64,000 bases of DNA, from assembly GCA_030835085.1 (NCBI GenBank), contig JAUQWQ010000041.1, positions 1,685 to 65,684 of the forward strand, given 5' to 3'. Source of the stretch: Ignavibacteria bacterium (GTDB taxonomy: Bacteria; Bacteroidota; Ignavibacteria; Tepidaquicellales; OLB5). The notes below the pieces were generated by a model. The model was not told the DNA's origin, did no database searches, and saw only the letters and a program-made list of their open reading frames with translations. Positions within the stretch are counted from its first letter, which is position 1, and the number at the start of each line of letters is the position of its first letter. Below are positions 28,915 to 38,946 of the stretch, in pieces. A program made the translations under genes and the position numbers.

Positions 28915-29754
28915 ATGAATTTTTCTGTAAAATTACTGCTTTTATTTGTTTTACTAACCGGAAGTTTTTTCGCACAGCAGCAATCAATATTAAAGCTTTC
29001 TGAAAAGAAAAGTATTCTGAAAGGGGAAGAAAATACTGATTTTACCCTGAAATCAAATTCAGCAACAGATTTCAGTAAAAATTATCAGCTAAAGACCCGA
29101 AAGACTGTCACTTCTTACTTTGGAGCGGGATATTCGTTTATGATTTTTACAAATTCATACATGAGCTCCGCTTTCCCAATACTCGATACAAGGAACGGGA
29201 CATTTTTGACAAACATAAATCTGTTCTTCGGTTTTTCTATTGCAAAGGCTGTAACTCTTGAATTTTCTCCCACAATATTATTTACAAGCAACAATAAACA
29301 GGTAGATTATGCACTCTCAACTCCTAAAGTTATAAACGGTTCTTCTTATGATTATGCGCATACAAGAATCAACGGAATAATTGCTTTACCATTAGCAATA
29401 AATGTTAGATTTTTCCCGTTGTATAAGCAAAAAACTTTTGCCAGATTATTTTTTATTGGCGGAGGAGCAGGTGCTGTTTGGGTAAGAGAAGAAAACGATG
29501 TTTCTTATAATAATACTCCCAGTACTCTTTATTATGGAGACCAGGAACAAAATGGTATTACTACAAGCCAGTGGGCACCACTATTCAGGATAATTTCCGG
29601 TTTCACGGGAACCGGAGGCCAGTTTGGTTTTGGCGGTGAGTTAAGCTACAATTTTATTCCATTAAAACAGGATATGTCCCAGCCTTTTGCTACAAGATTC
29701 GGTAAAGATATGAACAGTGTTGATATAACTCTGAGATTTTACTTCAGTCTGTAA
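28915..29754 (+). CDS. Putative outer-membrane beta-barrel protein
   Basis: Signal peptide LLLLFVLLTGSFFAQQ, alternating hydrophobic beta-strand pattern, Gly/aromatic-rich, and a terminal ITLRFYFSL. No specific family recognised. Confidence 0.5.
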   Translation: MNFSVKLLLLFVLLTGSFFAQQQSILKLSEKKSILKGEENTDFTLKSNSATDFSKNYQLKTRKTVTSYFGAGYSFMIFTNSYMSSAFPILDTRNGTFLTNINLFFGFSIAKAVTLEFSPTILFTSNNKQVDYALSTPKVINGSSYDYAHTRINGIIALPLAINVRFFPLYKQKTFARLFFIGGGAGAVWVREENDVSYNNTPSTLYYGDQEQNGITTSQWAPLFRIISGFTGTGGQFGFGGELSYNFIPLKQDMSQPFATRFGKDMNSVDITLRFYFSL

Positions 29755-29782
29755 ATTTATATGAGGTCTTTCTACAAAGCTA

Positions 29783-29809
29783 AAGCAGTGTTTTTACACT
29801 GCTTTTTTT
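29783..29809 (+). terminator. Intrinsic terminator
   Basis: aagcagtg-ttttt-cactgctt followed by T7. Confidence 0.8.
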
Positions 29810-29939
29810 ATTTTATTTAAAAATAGTTGTTAATAGCGACAAATATCATAGGAAACGCCTGCCCTGATTTTGTATATTTGTATCTCTCCCCATTGGCTCC
29901 GTTCCAATAATTATTTTCATTTCTTAGAAGGAGTTTGTT

Positions 29940-31379
29940 ATGATATTAAAAACAAGATTCATATCAGCAATTTTCCTGCTTATTATCTTTTGGGTCCCAA
30001 TAGCTGCGCAGCAATATGTTTTATTGGGATGGAATGACTTGGGCATGCATTGCTCAAACCAGGATTTTTCAAAGATGGCTGTGCTTCCGCCTTACAATAA
30101 TGTTTTTGCACAGCTTATTAAAAAACAGCCGGGTCAGCCACCGCAGATCGTTAATACGGGATTTACTGTTGAATATTCAATTCCCGGGAATACTTATTCA
30201 GTTGGCAAAACAAATTTCTGGACTTATGCCCAGGTTTTGTTCGGTCTGCCTAGTCCGTTACCCAATAATATCGGATTAACAGGAAAAGGTTTGACGGGAA
30301 ATATGGACCTTCAATCAAATTACTTCAAGGTTATTGGCATACCTAATACTCCATTTGCAGATAATGATCTGGTTACCGAAAAGCCGTTCCAGACTTTCCA
30401 TTTAATTGCAAAACTTACAGGAAACGTAGTTGCAACTACTGATAATGTCATTCCTGTTAGTAATGAAATTGGTTGTGTGCAAAGCGGATGCCATACTTCA
30501 GAGCAATCTATAAAAGATAATCACGAAAATGTGCCGGGTTTCAGGCAGAATAGTCCTGAGCTCTGTGCAAGATGCCACGCATCAAATGCTCTTGGTACAA
30601 CAGGTGACCCTGAGGCTAAATCCTTTTCTTTCCGTATACATGATAAACATAAATTCATTCAGCCTACCAACAGTATAAACACCTGTTATAAATGCCATCC
30701 GGGACCCAATACGCAGTGTTTCAGGGATGTGATGAGATCAAGTGATATGACATGCCAGAACTGCCATGGAACAATGAGCAACATTGCAAGCTCGATTGAA
30801 AACGGCAGGAGGCCGTGGCTTGATGAACCTAAATGCGGCAGTACAAGCTGTCACGGCAGCAATTATTCAGAAGAACCGAATAAACTTTACAGGGAATCCA
30901 AAGGGCATGGAGGATTATTATGTTCATCATGTCACGGAAGTCCGCATGCAATTTATCCGACCACACAGCCGAACGATAACCTGCAAAGCATCAGGGTTCA
31001 GGGGCATGCCGGTGCAATTAACGATTGTATGGTATGCCATACAGTCCCTCCTACAGGAGCCGGTCCGCACGGGATCACGTATATAGGTATAATAAAAATG
31101 AACGAAGAAATCCCGGTTTCATATAATTTGTATCAGAACTATCCGAATCCGTTTAATCCGGTAACTTTGATTAAATTCGATATTTCCAAAAGTACATTTG
31201 TAAATCTCAAAGTATTTGATGCAATAGGCAGGGAGGTAGAAGAACTTGTAAATGGTGATGTGCAGCCGGGTACTTACACTGCGGAATGGAATGCTGAGAA
31301 ATATAATTCCGGAATATATTTTTACCTGCTTAAAACTGATAACTACACCCAAAGCCGCAAGATGATACTCATAAAATAA
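29940..31379 (+). CDS. Secreted multihaem c-type cytochrome with a T9SS C-terminal sorting domain
   Basis: Signal peptide. Five CXXCH motifs (CARCH, CYKCH, CQNCH, CSSCH, CMVCH) plus two CX4CH motifs (CVQSGCH, CGSTSCH) lie between residues 179 and 367. C-terminus QNYPNPFNPVTLIKFDI...GIYFYLLKTDNYTQSRKMILIK. SD gaaggag upstream. Confidence 0.85.
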   Translation: MILKTRFISAIFLLIIFWVPIAAQQYVLLGWNDLGMHCSNQDFSKMAVLPPYNNVFAQLIKKQPGQPPQIVNTGFTVEYSIPGNTYSVGKTNFWTYAQVLFGLPSPLPNNIGLTGKGLTGNMDLQSNYFKVIGIPNTPFADNDLVTEKPFQTFHLIAKLTGNVVATTDNVIPVSNEIGCVQSGCHTSEQSIKDNHENVPGFRQNSPELCARCHASNALGTTGDPEAKSFSFRIHDKHKFIQPTNSINTCYKCHPGPNTQCFRDVMRSSDMTCQNCHGTMSNIASSIENGRRPWLDEPKCGSTSCHGSNYSEEPNKLYRESKGHGGLLCSSCHGSPHAIYPTTQPNDNLQSIRVQGHAGAINDCMVCHTVPPTGAGPHGITYIGIIKMNEEIPVSYNLYQNYPNPFNPVTLIKFDISKSTFVNLKVFDAIGREVEELVNGDVQPGTYTAEWNAEKYNSGIYFYLLKTDNYTQSRKMILIK

Positions 31380-31406
31380 TAGGTCTAAGGAAGTCATGAA
31401 ATGATA

Positions 31407-31434
31407 AAGGGAGCAAATGCTCCCTTTTGTTTTA
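31407..31434. terminator. Terminator between convergent genes
   Basis: aagggagc-aaat-gctccctt followed by ttgtttt. Confidence 0.7.
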
Positions 31435-31450
31435 GAATATTTAATTTATA

Positions 31451-32593
31451 TTAATCTTTAAGCATTGCCCTTGAAATTACGACTTTCTGAATTTCTGACG
31501 TTCCTTCGTAAATTTCGGTTATTTTTGCATCCCTTAAATAACGCTCAACAAGGTATTCCCTAACATAACCGTATCCTCCATGTACCTGTATGGCTTCAAG
31601 GGCATTGTTGACAGCCGTTTTGCTGGCAAGCAGTTTACCCATAGCGGCTTCTTTTGCAAAGGGGAGACCCTGGTCCTTATTCCATGCAGCATGCAGTACC
31701 AGATTTCTTGCTGCCTCGACATTTGTTGCCATATCTGCAAGCTTGAATTGAATTGCCTGGAGATCTGAAATGGGCTTTCCGAAAGCCTTTCTTGTCTTGG
31801 CATATTTGGTTGCAGCTTCAAGCGATGCCTGGGCAATACCCAATGCCTGCGCTGCTATGCCAATCCTTCCGCCGTTAAGTGTTTCCATTGCTATCTTAAA
31901 TCCAAGTCCTTCACTGCCTAAAAGCTGATCTTTATGCACCCTGCAATTATTAAAACTTACAGTACAGGTATCGCTGCTTCTTATTCCGAGCTTATCTTCC
32001 TTTATTCCTGTTTCAAGTCCTTCAGCATCTTTATCAATTAAGAATGTTGAAATACCTTTATGACCTTTTTCCTTATCCGTCATTGCCTGTACAAAATATA
32101 TATCCGCATTTTTGCCGTTTGTGATCCAGTTCTTAATTCCATTTAATATATAATAGTCACCATCCTTAACAGCTTCGGTTTTCTGCTGAGTCGCATCACT
32201 GCCTGCTTCCGGTTCTGAAAGGCAGAAGCATCCCAGCTTTTCGCCGGAGGCAAGAGGCTTTAAAAATCTTTCCTTCTGTTCATCCGTACCCCATTGGTTG
32301 ATACCGTAACAAACCAGCGAGTTATTTACGGACATAATTACACCAACTGATGCATCCACTTTGGATATTTCTTCCATCGCTAGCACATAACTGACGGCGT
32401 CAAATCCTGCGCCGCCCCATTCAGGCGGAACCATCATGCCCATAAAACCAAATTCACCCAGCTTTTTAATAATTTCAAAAGGGAATTCCGCCTTAATATC
32501 ACGTTCAATTGTTGAAGGCGCTATTTCGTTCTGAGCGAAATCTCTTGCAGTATCCCGTATAGCAATTTGCTCTTCTGTAAAGTTAAAATCCAT
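31451..32593 (-). CDS. Acyl-CoA dehydrogenase (short-chain/butyryl-CoA type)
   Basis: GCFCLSEPEAGSD, WITNG and QVHGGYGYVREYLVERYLRDAKITEIYEGTSEIQ. Confidence 0.9.
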   Translation of the reverse strand: MDFNFTEEQIAIRDTARDFAQNEIAPSTIERDIKAEFPFEIIKKLGEFGFMGMMVPPEWGGAGFDAVSYVLAMEEISKVDASVGVIMSVNNSLVCYGINQWGTDEQKERFLKPLASGEKLGCFCLSEPEAGSDATQQKTEAVKDGDYYILNGIKNWITNGKNADIYFVQAMTDKEKGHKGISTFLIDKDAEGLETGIKEDKLGIRSSDTCTVSFNNCRVHKDQLLGSEGLGFKIAMETLNGGRIGIAAQALGIAQASLEAATKYAKTRKAFGKPISDLQAIQFKLADMATNVEAARNLVLHAAWNKDQGLPFAKEAAMGKLLASKTAVNNALEAIQVHGGYGYVREYLVERYLRDAKITEIYEGTSEIQKVVISRAMLKD

Positions 32594-32614
32594 TGTAGTA
32601 TTAGTTTAATTGTT

Positions 32615-33472
32615 TTATTTCTTTGTATAATCGTAAAAACCTTTGCCTGATTTTCTGCCCAAATACCCGGCAGCTACCATTTTCTTAAGCAGGGGACAAG
32701 GGCGATACTTTGAATCACCAAGCCCGTTATGAAGAACTTCCATAATGGATAAACATACATCAAGTCCGATGAAATCAGCAAGTGTAAGCGGACCCATTGG
32801 GTGTGCCATACCGAGCTTCATAACATTATCTATTGCTTCCGGCGTGGCAACGCCTTCCATAACGCAATACATTGCCTCATTCAGCATAGGCAAAAGTATC
32901 CTGTTGGAAATAAAACCTGGGTAATCGTTAACTTCAACAGGTACTTTGTCTATCTTTTCGGAGAGCTCTTTAATAATGGCATATGTTTCATTGCTTGTTG
33001 CAAGTCCGCGGATCACTTCGATAAGTTTCATAACCGGCACAGGATTCATAAAATGCATGCCAATAACTTTATCGGGTCTTTTGGTGAATGCGGCAATTTC
33101 TGTAATTGAAATTGATGACGTGTTGCTTGCAAGTATTGCACCGGTTTTGCAGTTTTCATCAAGAGTTTTGAAAATACTCTTTTTTATCTCAAAGTTCTCA
33201 GTGGCTGCTTCAATAACCAGCTCTGAATCCTTTGCATCTGTTAAGTTTGTGGAGGTCTTTATGTTCGCTAATGCAGAATCCATCTTTTCTTTTGTGATGG
33301 TTTCCTTTTTAAGCTGGCGCTCAAGATTTCCTGTGATCGTCTTAATTGATCTCTCAAGGAATTCTTCTTTGATATCAATTAAAGTTACTTTGTAGCCGTA
33401 CAATGCAAATACATGGGCAATTCCATTGCCCATCGTTCCTGAACCTATGATTGAAATATTATGAATATTCAT
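32615..33472 (-). CDS. hbd: 3-hydroxybutyryl-CoA dehydrogenase
   Basis: [12 protein letters not shown] Rossmann motif, ASNTSS, GMHFMNP, and PGFISNRIL. Confidence 0.92.
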   Translation of the reverse strand: MNIHNISIIGSGTMGNGIAHVFALYGYKVTLIDIKEEFLERSIKTITGNLERQLKKETITKEKMDSALANIKTSTNLTDAKDSELVIEAATENFEIKKSIFKTLDENCKTGAILASNTSSISITEIAAFTKRPDKVIGMHFMNPVPVMKLIEVIRGLATSNETYAIIKELSEKIDKVPVEVNDYPGFISNRILLPMLNEAMYCVMEGVATPEAIDNVMKLGMAHPMGPLTLADFIGLDVCLSIMEVLHNGLGDSKYRPCPLLKKMVAAGYLGRKSGKGFYDYTKK

Positions 33473-33485
33473 TGTGAAAGTAGAA

Positions 33486-34664
33486 TTAAATTTTTTCTAT
33501 TATTATTGCTGTTGCTTCACCGCCGCCATTGCATAGTGTTACAAGGCCGTAGCGTTTGTTAAGCCTGTGAAGATTGTAAATCAATGTAATGAGAAGCCTT
33601 GCACCTGAAGCGCCAATTGGGTGGCCTATTGCGATTGCTCCGCCGGTTACGTTCACTTTTGCAGGATCAATACCTGCTATCTGATTTACCGCGCAGCTTA
33701 CAACTGCGAAAGCCTCGTTAATTTCAAACAGGTCAATATCATCTTTGGTCAGACCCGCTTTTTTGCAAGCCTTTTCTATAACAAAACCGGGGGCAGTTGT
33801 GAACCAGTCAGGGTGATGTGAAAATGTTGTCTGTGTTACAATTCTTGCCATCGGTTTTGCGCCGCCTTTTGCTGCTTGTTCTTTTGACATAAGAACCACT
33901 GCGCCTGCACCGTCATTAATATTGGAAGCGTTAAAAGCTGTAATAGTACCTTCTTTGGTGAATACAGGTTTCAGCGAAAATGCTTTTTCAAAATTAACCT
34001 TACCGGGGTCCTCATCAGTATCAAAAAGAGTTACATTGCCTTTTTTATCTTTTAATTCCACGGGAACAATTGCATCTTTAAAGTATCCGTTTTTGATCGC
34101 ATCCAGTGCTTTTTCGTAGGAACCTTTTGAAAATTCATCCTGGGTTTCACGGGAAATTTTATATTCAGCTGCGCAAAGCTCGCCAAGCATACCCATATGT
34201 TTGTTACCGTATGGATCCCAAAGTCCATCGTGTATCATAAGGTCAAAAATCTCTCCATTTCCCATCCTGTAACCATTACGTGCCTTTTTTAAAATATAGG
34301 GAGCATTGGTCATTGATTCCATTCCGCCTGCTACAACTATTTCAGCATCACCGGCTTTGATTGCCTGTTCACCAAGCATCACCGATTTTAATCCGGAGCC
34401 GCATACCTTGTTAATTGTGGTAGCTGAAACAGTGTTTGGAATTCCTGCCGCTATAGCTGCCTGTCTTGCTGGCGCTTGTCCAAGCCCGCCCTGCAGAACA
34501 TTACCCATTAATACTTCATCAATTTCTTCGGGCTTAATGCCGGCTCTTTTTACAGCTTCTTTAATTGCAAATGAACCGATCTGCGGAGCGGAAAAACCGC
34601 TTAAACTTCCGTTAAATGCCCCAACTGCGGTACGTGCCGCAGATACTATTACTACTTCCTTCAT
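33486..34664 (-). CDS. Acetyl-CoA C-acetyltransferase (thiolase II)
   Basis: [10 protein letters not shown] (active-site Cys), [15 protein letters not shown]-like [18 protein letters not shown], and CNGGGEA. Confidence 0.93.
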   Translation of the reverse strand: MKEVVIVSAARTAVGAFNGSLSGFSAPQIGSFAIKEAVKRAGIKPEEIDEVLMGNVLQGGLGQAPARQAAIAAGIPNTVSATTINKVCGSGLKSVMLGEQAIKAGDAEIVVAGGMESMTNAPYILKKARNGYRMGNGEIFDLMIHDGLWDPYGNKHMGMLGELCAAEYKISRETQDEFSKGSYEKALDAIKNGYFKDAIVPVELKDKKGNVTLFDTDEDPGKVNFEKAFSLKPVFTKEGTITAFNASNINDGAGAVVLMSKEQAAKGGAKPMARIVTQTTFSHHPDWFTTAPGFVIEKACKKAGLTKDDIDLFEINEAFAVVSCAVNQIAGIDPAKVNVTGGAIAIGHPIGASGARLLITLIYNLHRLNKRYGLVTLCNGGGEATAIIIEKI

Positions 34665-34685
34665 TGTATGATTACCTTATATGAT

Positions 34686-35465
34686 TTATTTGTTGATATT
34701 AGTATTTGATGAGTTAATAATCTTAATGAACTTGTCAGCTTCCAGTGATGCGCCGCCAATAAGGCCTCCGTTAACAGTCTGGGAAGCAAAAAGCTCCTTA
34801 GCATTTTCAGCAGTAACGCTGCCGCCGTAGATTATACGGGTATTTTTGGAGATCTCTTCATTATACATCTTTTTCAGCTTTTTTCTCAGGAAGTTATGTG
34901 CACTTTCTGCCTGGTGAGGAGTTGCATTCTTGCCTGTGCCTATGGCCCAAACAGGTTCGTATGCTATTGTAACATTTATTACGCCTTCCTCGCTTACATG
35001 CGTAAGGCACGCTGAGAGCTGTTCTTCAATCACCGATTCAGTCAGTTTATCTTCATGCTCCTGAAGGTTTTCACCCAGGCAAACAATCGGCTTTAATCCT
35101 TCATCAAGTGCTTTAAGCACTTTTTTGTTGATGATGGCATTAGTTTCATGGAAGTACTGCCTGCGTTCGGAGTGTCCGAGTATGACATATTCACATCCGC
35201 ATGATTTCAGCATACCTGCGGAAATCTCACCTGTAAACGCACCAATACTTTCAAAGTACATGTTCTGCGCTCCAAGTTTAAGCTGAGTGCCGCTTATCTT
35301 TTTGTTCACCGCGTCAAGCGAAGTGAATGGGGGACATAATACTACTTCAGTATCGGTTAATTTATGTTTATCTGTGAACATTTTCAGTTCATCAGCAAAT
35401 TGCTGAGACTGAACAAGTCCCTTGTTCATTTTCCAGTTTGCAACTATCATTTTCTTGTGTGGCAT
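34686..35465 (-). CDS. tpiA: Triosephosphate isomerase
   Basis: ANWKMN, GHSERR, AYEPVWAIGTG and YGGSV. Confidence 0.95.
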   Translation of the reverse strand: MPHKKMIVANWKMNKGLVQSQQFADELKMFTDKHKLTDTEVVLCPPFTSLDAVNKKISGTQLKLGAQNMYFESIGAFTGEISAGMLKSCGCEYVILGHSERRQYFHETNAIINKKVLKALDEGLKPIVCLGENLQEHEDKLTESVIEEQLSACLTHVSEEGVINVTIAYEPVWAIGTGKNATPHQAESAHNFLRKKLKKMYNEEISKNTRIIYGGSVTAENAKELFASQTVNGGLIGGASLEADKFIKIINSSNTNINK

Positions 35466-35502
35466 TGGTTGTTCTCCGTTCGCTTACGGTTATATTGCCG
35501 TA

Positions 35503-36960
35503 TCAGTTATTACCTAAATTCTTGGTTAAAAGTTCATTTACTGTTTTGGGATTCGCTTTCCCTTTTGATTCTTTCATAACTTTTCCTACAAACAGTCCCA
35601 GAAGCTTTGTCTCTCCTGCGCGGTAGCGCTCAGCTTCTTTCGGATTATCTGCAATTATCTTCTTTATTATTCCTTCAATTTCACCGGTATCTGTGACCTG
35701 CAGCAGGTTCTTATCAGTTACTATTCTCTCGGGGTTTTGGCCTACATCACCTTTAGCCTTTGAAAGCATTTCTGTGTAAACTTCCTTTGCAATATTGTTA
35801 GAAATCTTACCATCTGCAATCAATTTAACAAGTGAAGCAAGATTTTGACTGCTGATATTGAACTCAGAAATACTTATCTTCTTTTCATTCAGCACGCGCA
35901 TCACTTCTCCCATAACCCAGTTGCTTGCTGTCTTATAACTCTGCTTGTCAATACTTTTACAGACACTTTCAAAATAATCTGCAAGTTCCCGTGATTGAGT
36001 CAGTACTTCAGCATCATATTCCGGGAGCTGGTATTCTGTGATGAATCGTGCTATCTTTATATGCGGAAGCTCAGGCAATGCTGAGGCTACATCCTTTTTC
36101 CATTTTTCATCTACATATACTGTAACAAGGTCCGGTTCCGGGAAATATCGGTAATCATGGGCTTCTTCCTTTGAGCGCATCGGAATAGTAGCTTTATTTC
36201 TCGCGTCAAATGTCATAGTTTGGTGAATTACCTCGCCGCCCTGTTCGATAAGTTCAATTTGGCGCTTAATTTCATAATCCAGCGCATCTGCAACATTGCG
36301 GAATGAATTCAGGTTCTTTACTTCACATTTTGTACCGAATTTTTCAGCGCCTTTTAGCCTTACAGAAACATTGGCATCACATCTTAGGCTGCCTTCTTCC
36401 ATATTGCCGTCACAAATATCAAGATATATTACAAGCTGTTTAAGCATGGTCAGGTAATCGTAGGCTTCCTTTGAATTGCGCATATCAGGCTCGCTTACGA
36501 TCTCAATTAATGGTACTCCGCAACGGTTCAGATCAACCAGTGATTCATCTGTGGACATATCATGTATCGATTTGCCGGCATCCTCTTCCATATGAATACG
36601 CGTAATGCCTATCGTCTTATCCCCAATTGCAACCTTACCGTGTTCACATATCGGCTGATCGAACTGTGATACCTGGTAGCCTTTGGGCAGATCCGGGTAG
36701 AAGTAATTCTTTCGTGCGAAAATAGATCTTTCCCTGATCCGGCAGTTTGTTGCCGTACCAAGTCTCAGAATAAACTCAACCAGATTTTTGTTCAAAACAG
36801 GTAGGGTCCCGGGGTGCCCCAGGCATACCGGACATATATTTGTATTCGGTGGAGCATTGAATTCCGTGGAGCATGAACAAAAAGCTTTGCTTTTTGTTTT
36901 CAGCTGGGCGTGCACCTCAAGTCCTATGACCGGTTCGTATTTTGAATAGACTGAATCCAA
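35503..36960 (-). CDS. gatB: Asp-tRNA(Asn)/Glu-tRNA(Gln) amidotransferase subunit B
   Basis: KYEPVIGLEVHAQL, CPVCLGHPGTLP and YRYFPEPDL. TTG start. Confidence 0.95.
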   Translation of the reverse strand: MDSVYSKYEPVIGLEVHAQLKTKSKAFCSCSTEFNAPPNTNICPVCLGHPGTLPVLNKNLVEFILRLGTATNCRIRERSIFARKNYFYPDLPKGYQVSQFDQPICEHGKVAIGDKTIGITRIHMEEDAGKSIHDMSTDESLVDLNRCGVPLIEIVSEPDMRNSKEAYDYLTMLKQLVIYLDICDGNMEEGSLRCDANVSVRLKGAEKFGTKCEVKNLNSFRNVADALDYEIKRQIELIEQGGEVIHQTMTFDARNKATIPMRSKEEAHDYRYFPEPDLVTVYVDEKWKKDVASALPELPHIKIARFITEYQLPEYDAEVLTQSRELADYFESVCKSIDKQSYKTASNWVMGEVMRVLNEKKISISEFNISSQNLASLVKLIADGKISNNIAKEVYTEMLSKAKGDVGQNPERIVTDKNLLQVTDTGEIEGIIKKIIADNPKEAERYRAGETKLLGLFVGKVMKESKGKANPKTVNELLTKNLGNN

Positions 36961-37118
36961 ATAGTTTATATTTACGGGGCAACTTTTATTACTTCGTAAT
37001 ATAAGTCATGAAAGCCCGGTTAATTTTTCAAATCCTGCCGCAACCGTGGGCTGCGGCAATTATTTTTGTGAGATCATTGAACCAATATCGGGAAGCTGAT
37101 ATTACCTTCTAATGCGTA

Positions 37119-38333
37119 TCAGTTGCTTAAAACCTGTGTGATCTTTTCAGCTGCATCTTTGAATCCTTCAGCTGCAATTATTGCAAGTCCTGATTCATCA
37201 AGCATCTTCCTGGCAATATCAGCGTTAGTACCTGCAAGCCTTACTACAATTGGGACCTGTATATTAATATTCTTGGCAGCTTCAATGATACCTCCTGCAA
37301 CCCTGTCGCATCTAACGATACCGCCGAAGATATTAACAAGTATAGCTTTAACATTGGGGTCAGATAAAATAATCCTGAAACCATTTTCAACGGTTTCTTT
37401 TGAAGCTCCGCCGCCAACATCCAAAAAGTTTGCAGGGTCACCGCCGGCAAGCTTGATAATATCCATTGTTGCCATTGCCAGTCCTGCTCCGTTGACCATA
37501 CAGCCAACGTTGCCATCAAGCTTAACATAGTTAAGATTATATTTTGATGCTTCAACTTCCAGCGGGTCCTCTTCATTGGTATCGCGAAGCTCAGGATAAT
37601 CCTTATGTCTGAACATTGCGTTATCATCCAGCGTCATTTTTGCATCCAGAGCAACTATTTTTTTATCGTTCAGTATGGCCATTGGGTTGATCTCAATCAG
37701 TGAGGCGTCGCTTTCCTCATATGCTTTGTATAACGTTTTGATGAACGGAACGAAATTTTTGAATACTTCGCCTTCAAGTCCGAGCCCGAATGCAAGCCTT
37801 CTGATCTGGAAAGGCTGCAGGCCGATATTGGGGTCAATCCATTCTTTTATGATCTTCTCCGGTGTTTCAGCGGCAACTTTTTCAATTTCCACGCCGCCTT
37901 CGGTTGAAGCCATAATCACATTTTTGCCCACAGTTCTATCCAGCAGAATGCCGATATAGAATTCATGTGTGTAATCAAGACCTTCTGTGATGAAAAGTGT
38001 CTGAACCAGCTTGCCTTCTTCACCTGTCTGGTGGGTTACAAGCAGGTTTCCGAGTATTTTCTCTGCATATTCTTTGGCTTTAACAGCATCGGTGGTGAAT
38101 TTTACACCGCCATCAAGAATAAGCTCTTCGCGGTTATTTGGATTGTATACTTTACCTTTTCCTCTGCCGCCTGCGTGAATCTGTGACTTTACTACAAACT
38201 GGTTGATGCCGTGTGACTGCAGTGTACTCAATGCAGCGTCAAATTCTGAAATATCTTTTATAGGTATACCGTTCTGCACGGGTACTCCGTATTTCAACAA
38301 GATCTGTTTGGCCTGGTATTCGTGTATTTTCAT
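37119..38333 (-). CDS. sucC: Succinate--CoA ligase (ADP-forming) subunit beta
   Basis: MKIHEYQAKQIL, QIHAGGRGKGK and GNVGCMVNGAGLAMATMD. No sucD adjacent. Confidence 0.93.
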   Translation of the reverse strand: MKIHEYQAKQILLKYGVPVQNGIPIKDISEFDAALSTLQSHGINQFVVKSQIHAGGRGKGKVYNPNNREELILDGGVKFTTDAVKAKEYAEKILGNLLVTHQTGEEGKLVQTLFITEGLDYTHEFYIGILLDRTVGKNVIMASTEGGVEIEKVAAETPEKIIKEWIDPNIGLQPFQIRRLAFGLGLEGEVFKNFVPFIKTLYKAYEESDASLIEINPMAILNDKKIVALDAKMTLDDNAMFRHKDYPELRDTNEEDPLEVEASKYNLNYVKLDGNVGCMVNGAGLAMATMDIIKLAGGDPANFLDVGGGASKETVENGFRIILSDPNVKAILVNIFGGIVRCDRVAGGIIEAAKNINIQVPIVVRLAGTNADIARKMLDESGLAIIAAEGFKDAAEKITQVLSN

Positions 38334-38375
38334 CTTAAAATATATTTATTGTTAATTGTTATTTCTAATTAAAAA

Positions 38376-38669
38376 TTATTTATTGTTTTTAAGGTTCTGA
38401 ATGCTTTTTTCAAGTTCTTTTTCAAGAGAGTCAGTGCTGCGCTTAAGGGAATCCAGCTTTCTTTTAAAACCGTTGTTTACGGAATCATTTAGCTGCCTGT
38501 AATTTTCACGCCTTATCGAATCTAGTTTCTTATCAGTTTCTTCCTGAACTCTTATCATTTCTTTATATGTATCTGTATCTTCAAATTTCTTTTTCCCGAA
38601 CACACCGCATCCTGTCAATATACTGACAGAAATAAACATGAGGGCGGGTATTATTATCGGCTTGTTCAA
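38376..38669 (-). CDS. Small coiled-coil lipoprotein, hypothetical
   Basis: Lipobox LTGC, then a charged heptad-like sequence (KLDSLKRSTDSLEKELEKS). Confidence 0.5.
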   Translation of the reverse strand: MNKPIIIPALMFISVSILTGCGVFGKKKFEDTDTYKEMIRVQEETDKKLDSIRRENYRQLNDSVNNGFKRKLDSLKRSTDSLEKELEKSIQNLKNNK

Positions 38670-38686
38670 GTTTTTAGCTCAGGCAA

Positions 38687-38941
38687 CTATTTTGATTTTT
38701 TTGATCTCTTGTCTGATTCTTCCTGCAGTAATGAATCAGCTTTTGTCTTCAGTGTATCAAGCTGCTTCATCAGGGAATCGATTGATTTCCTGTCCAGACT
38801 TGAATCGATCTTCTTAAGGTTTTCATCAATTTTTTCGTTAACTTTTTCATTAACTTTTTCTTCAACCTTCTCCGAGATCTTGCTGCAATTAAGGATCAAT
38901 CCCAGTACAAGCAAAGCTGATAAATATTTTACTATTTTCAT
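38687..38941 (-). CDS. Small coiled-coil lipoprotein, hypothetical (paralogue-like of the neighbour)
   Basis: Lipobox-like ILNC, EKVN tetrapeptide repeats and KQLDTLKTKADSLLQE. Confidence 0.5.
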   Translation of the reverse strand: MKIVKYLSALLVLGLILNCSKISEKVEEKVNEKVNEKIDENLKKIDSSLDRKSIDSLMKQLDTLKTKADSLLQEESDKRSKKSK

Positions 38942-38946
38942 AATAC

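Noticed and set aside
28915-31379. Outer-membrane barrel plus multihaem cytochrome as a porin-cytochrome conduit operon
   Set aside because: A strong terminator (29783-29809) and a separate promoter-like element separate the two genes. The 279-aa barrel is too small to sheath a cytochrome, and no periplasmic cytochrome partner is present.
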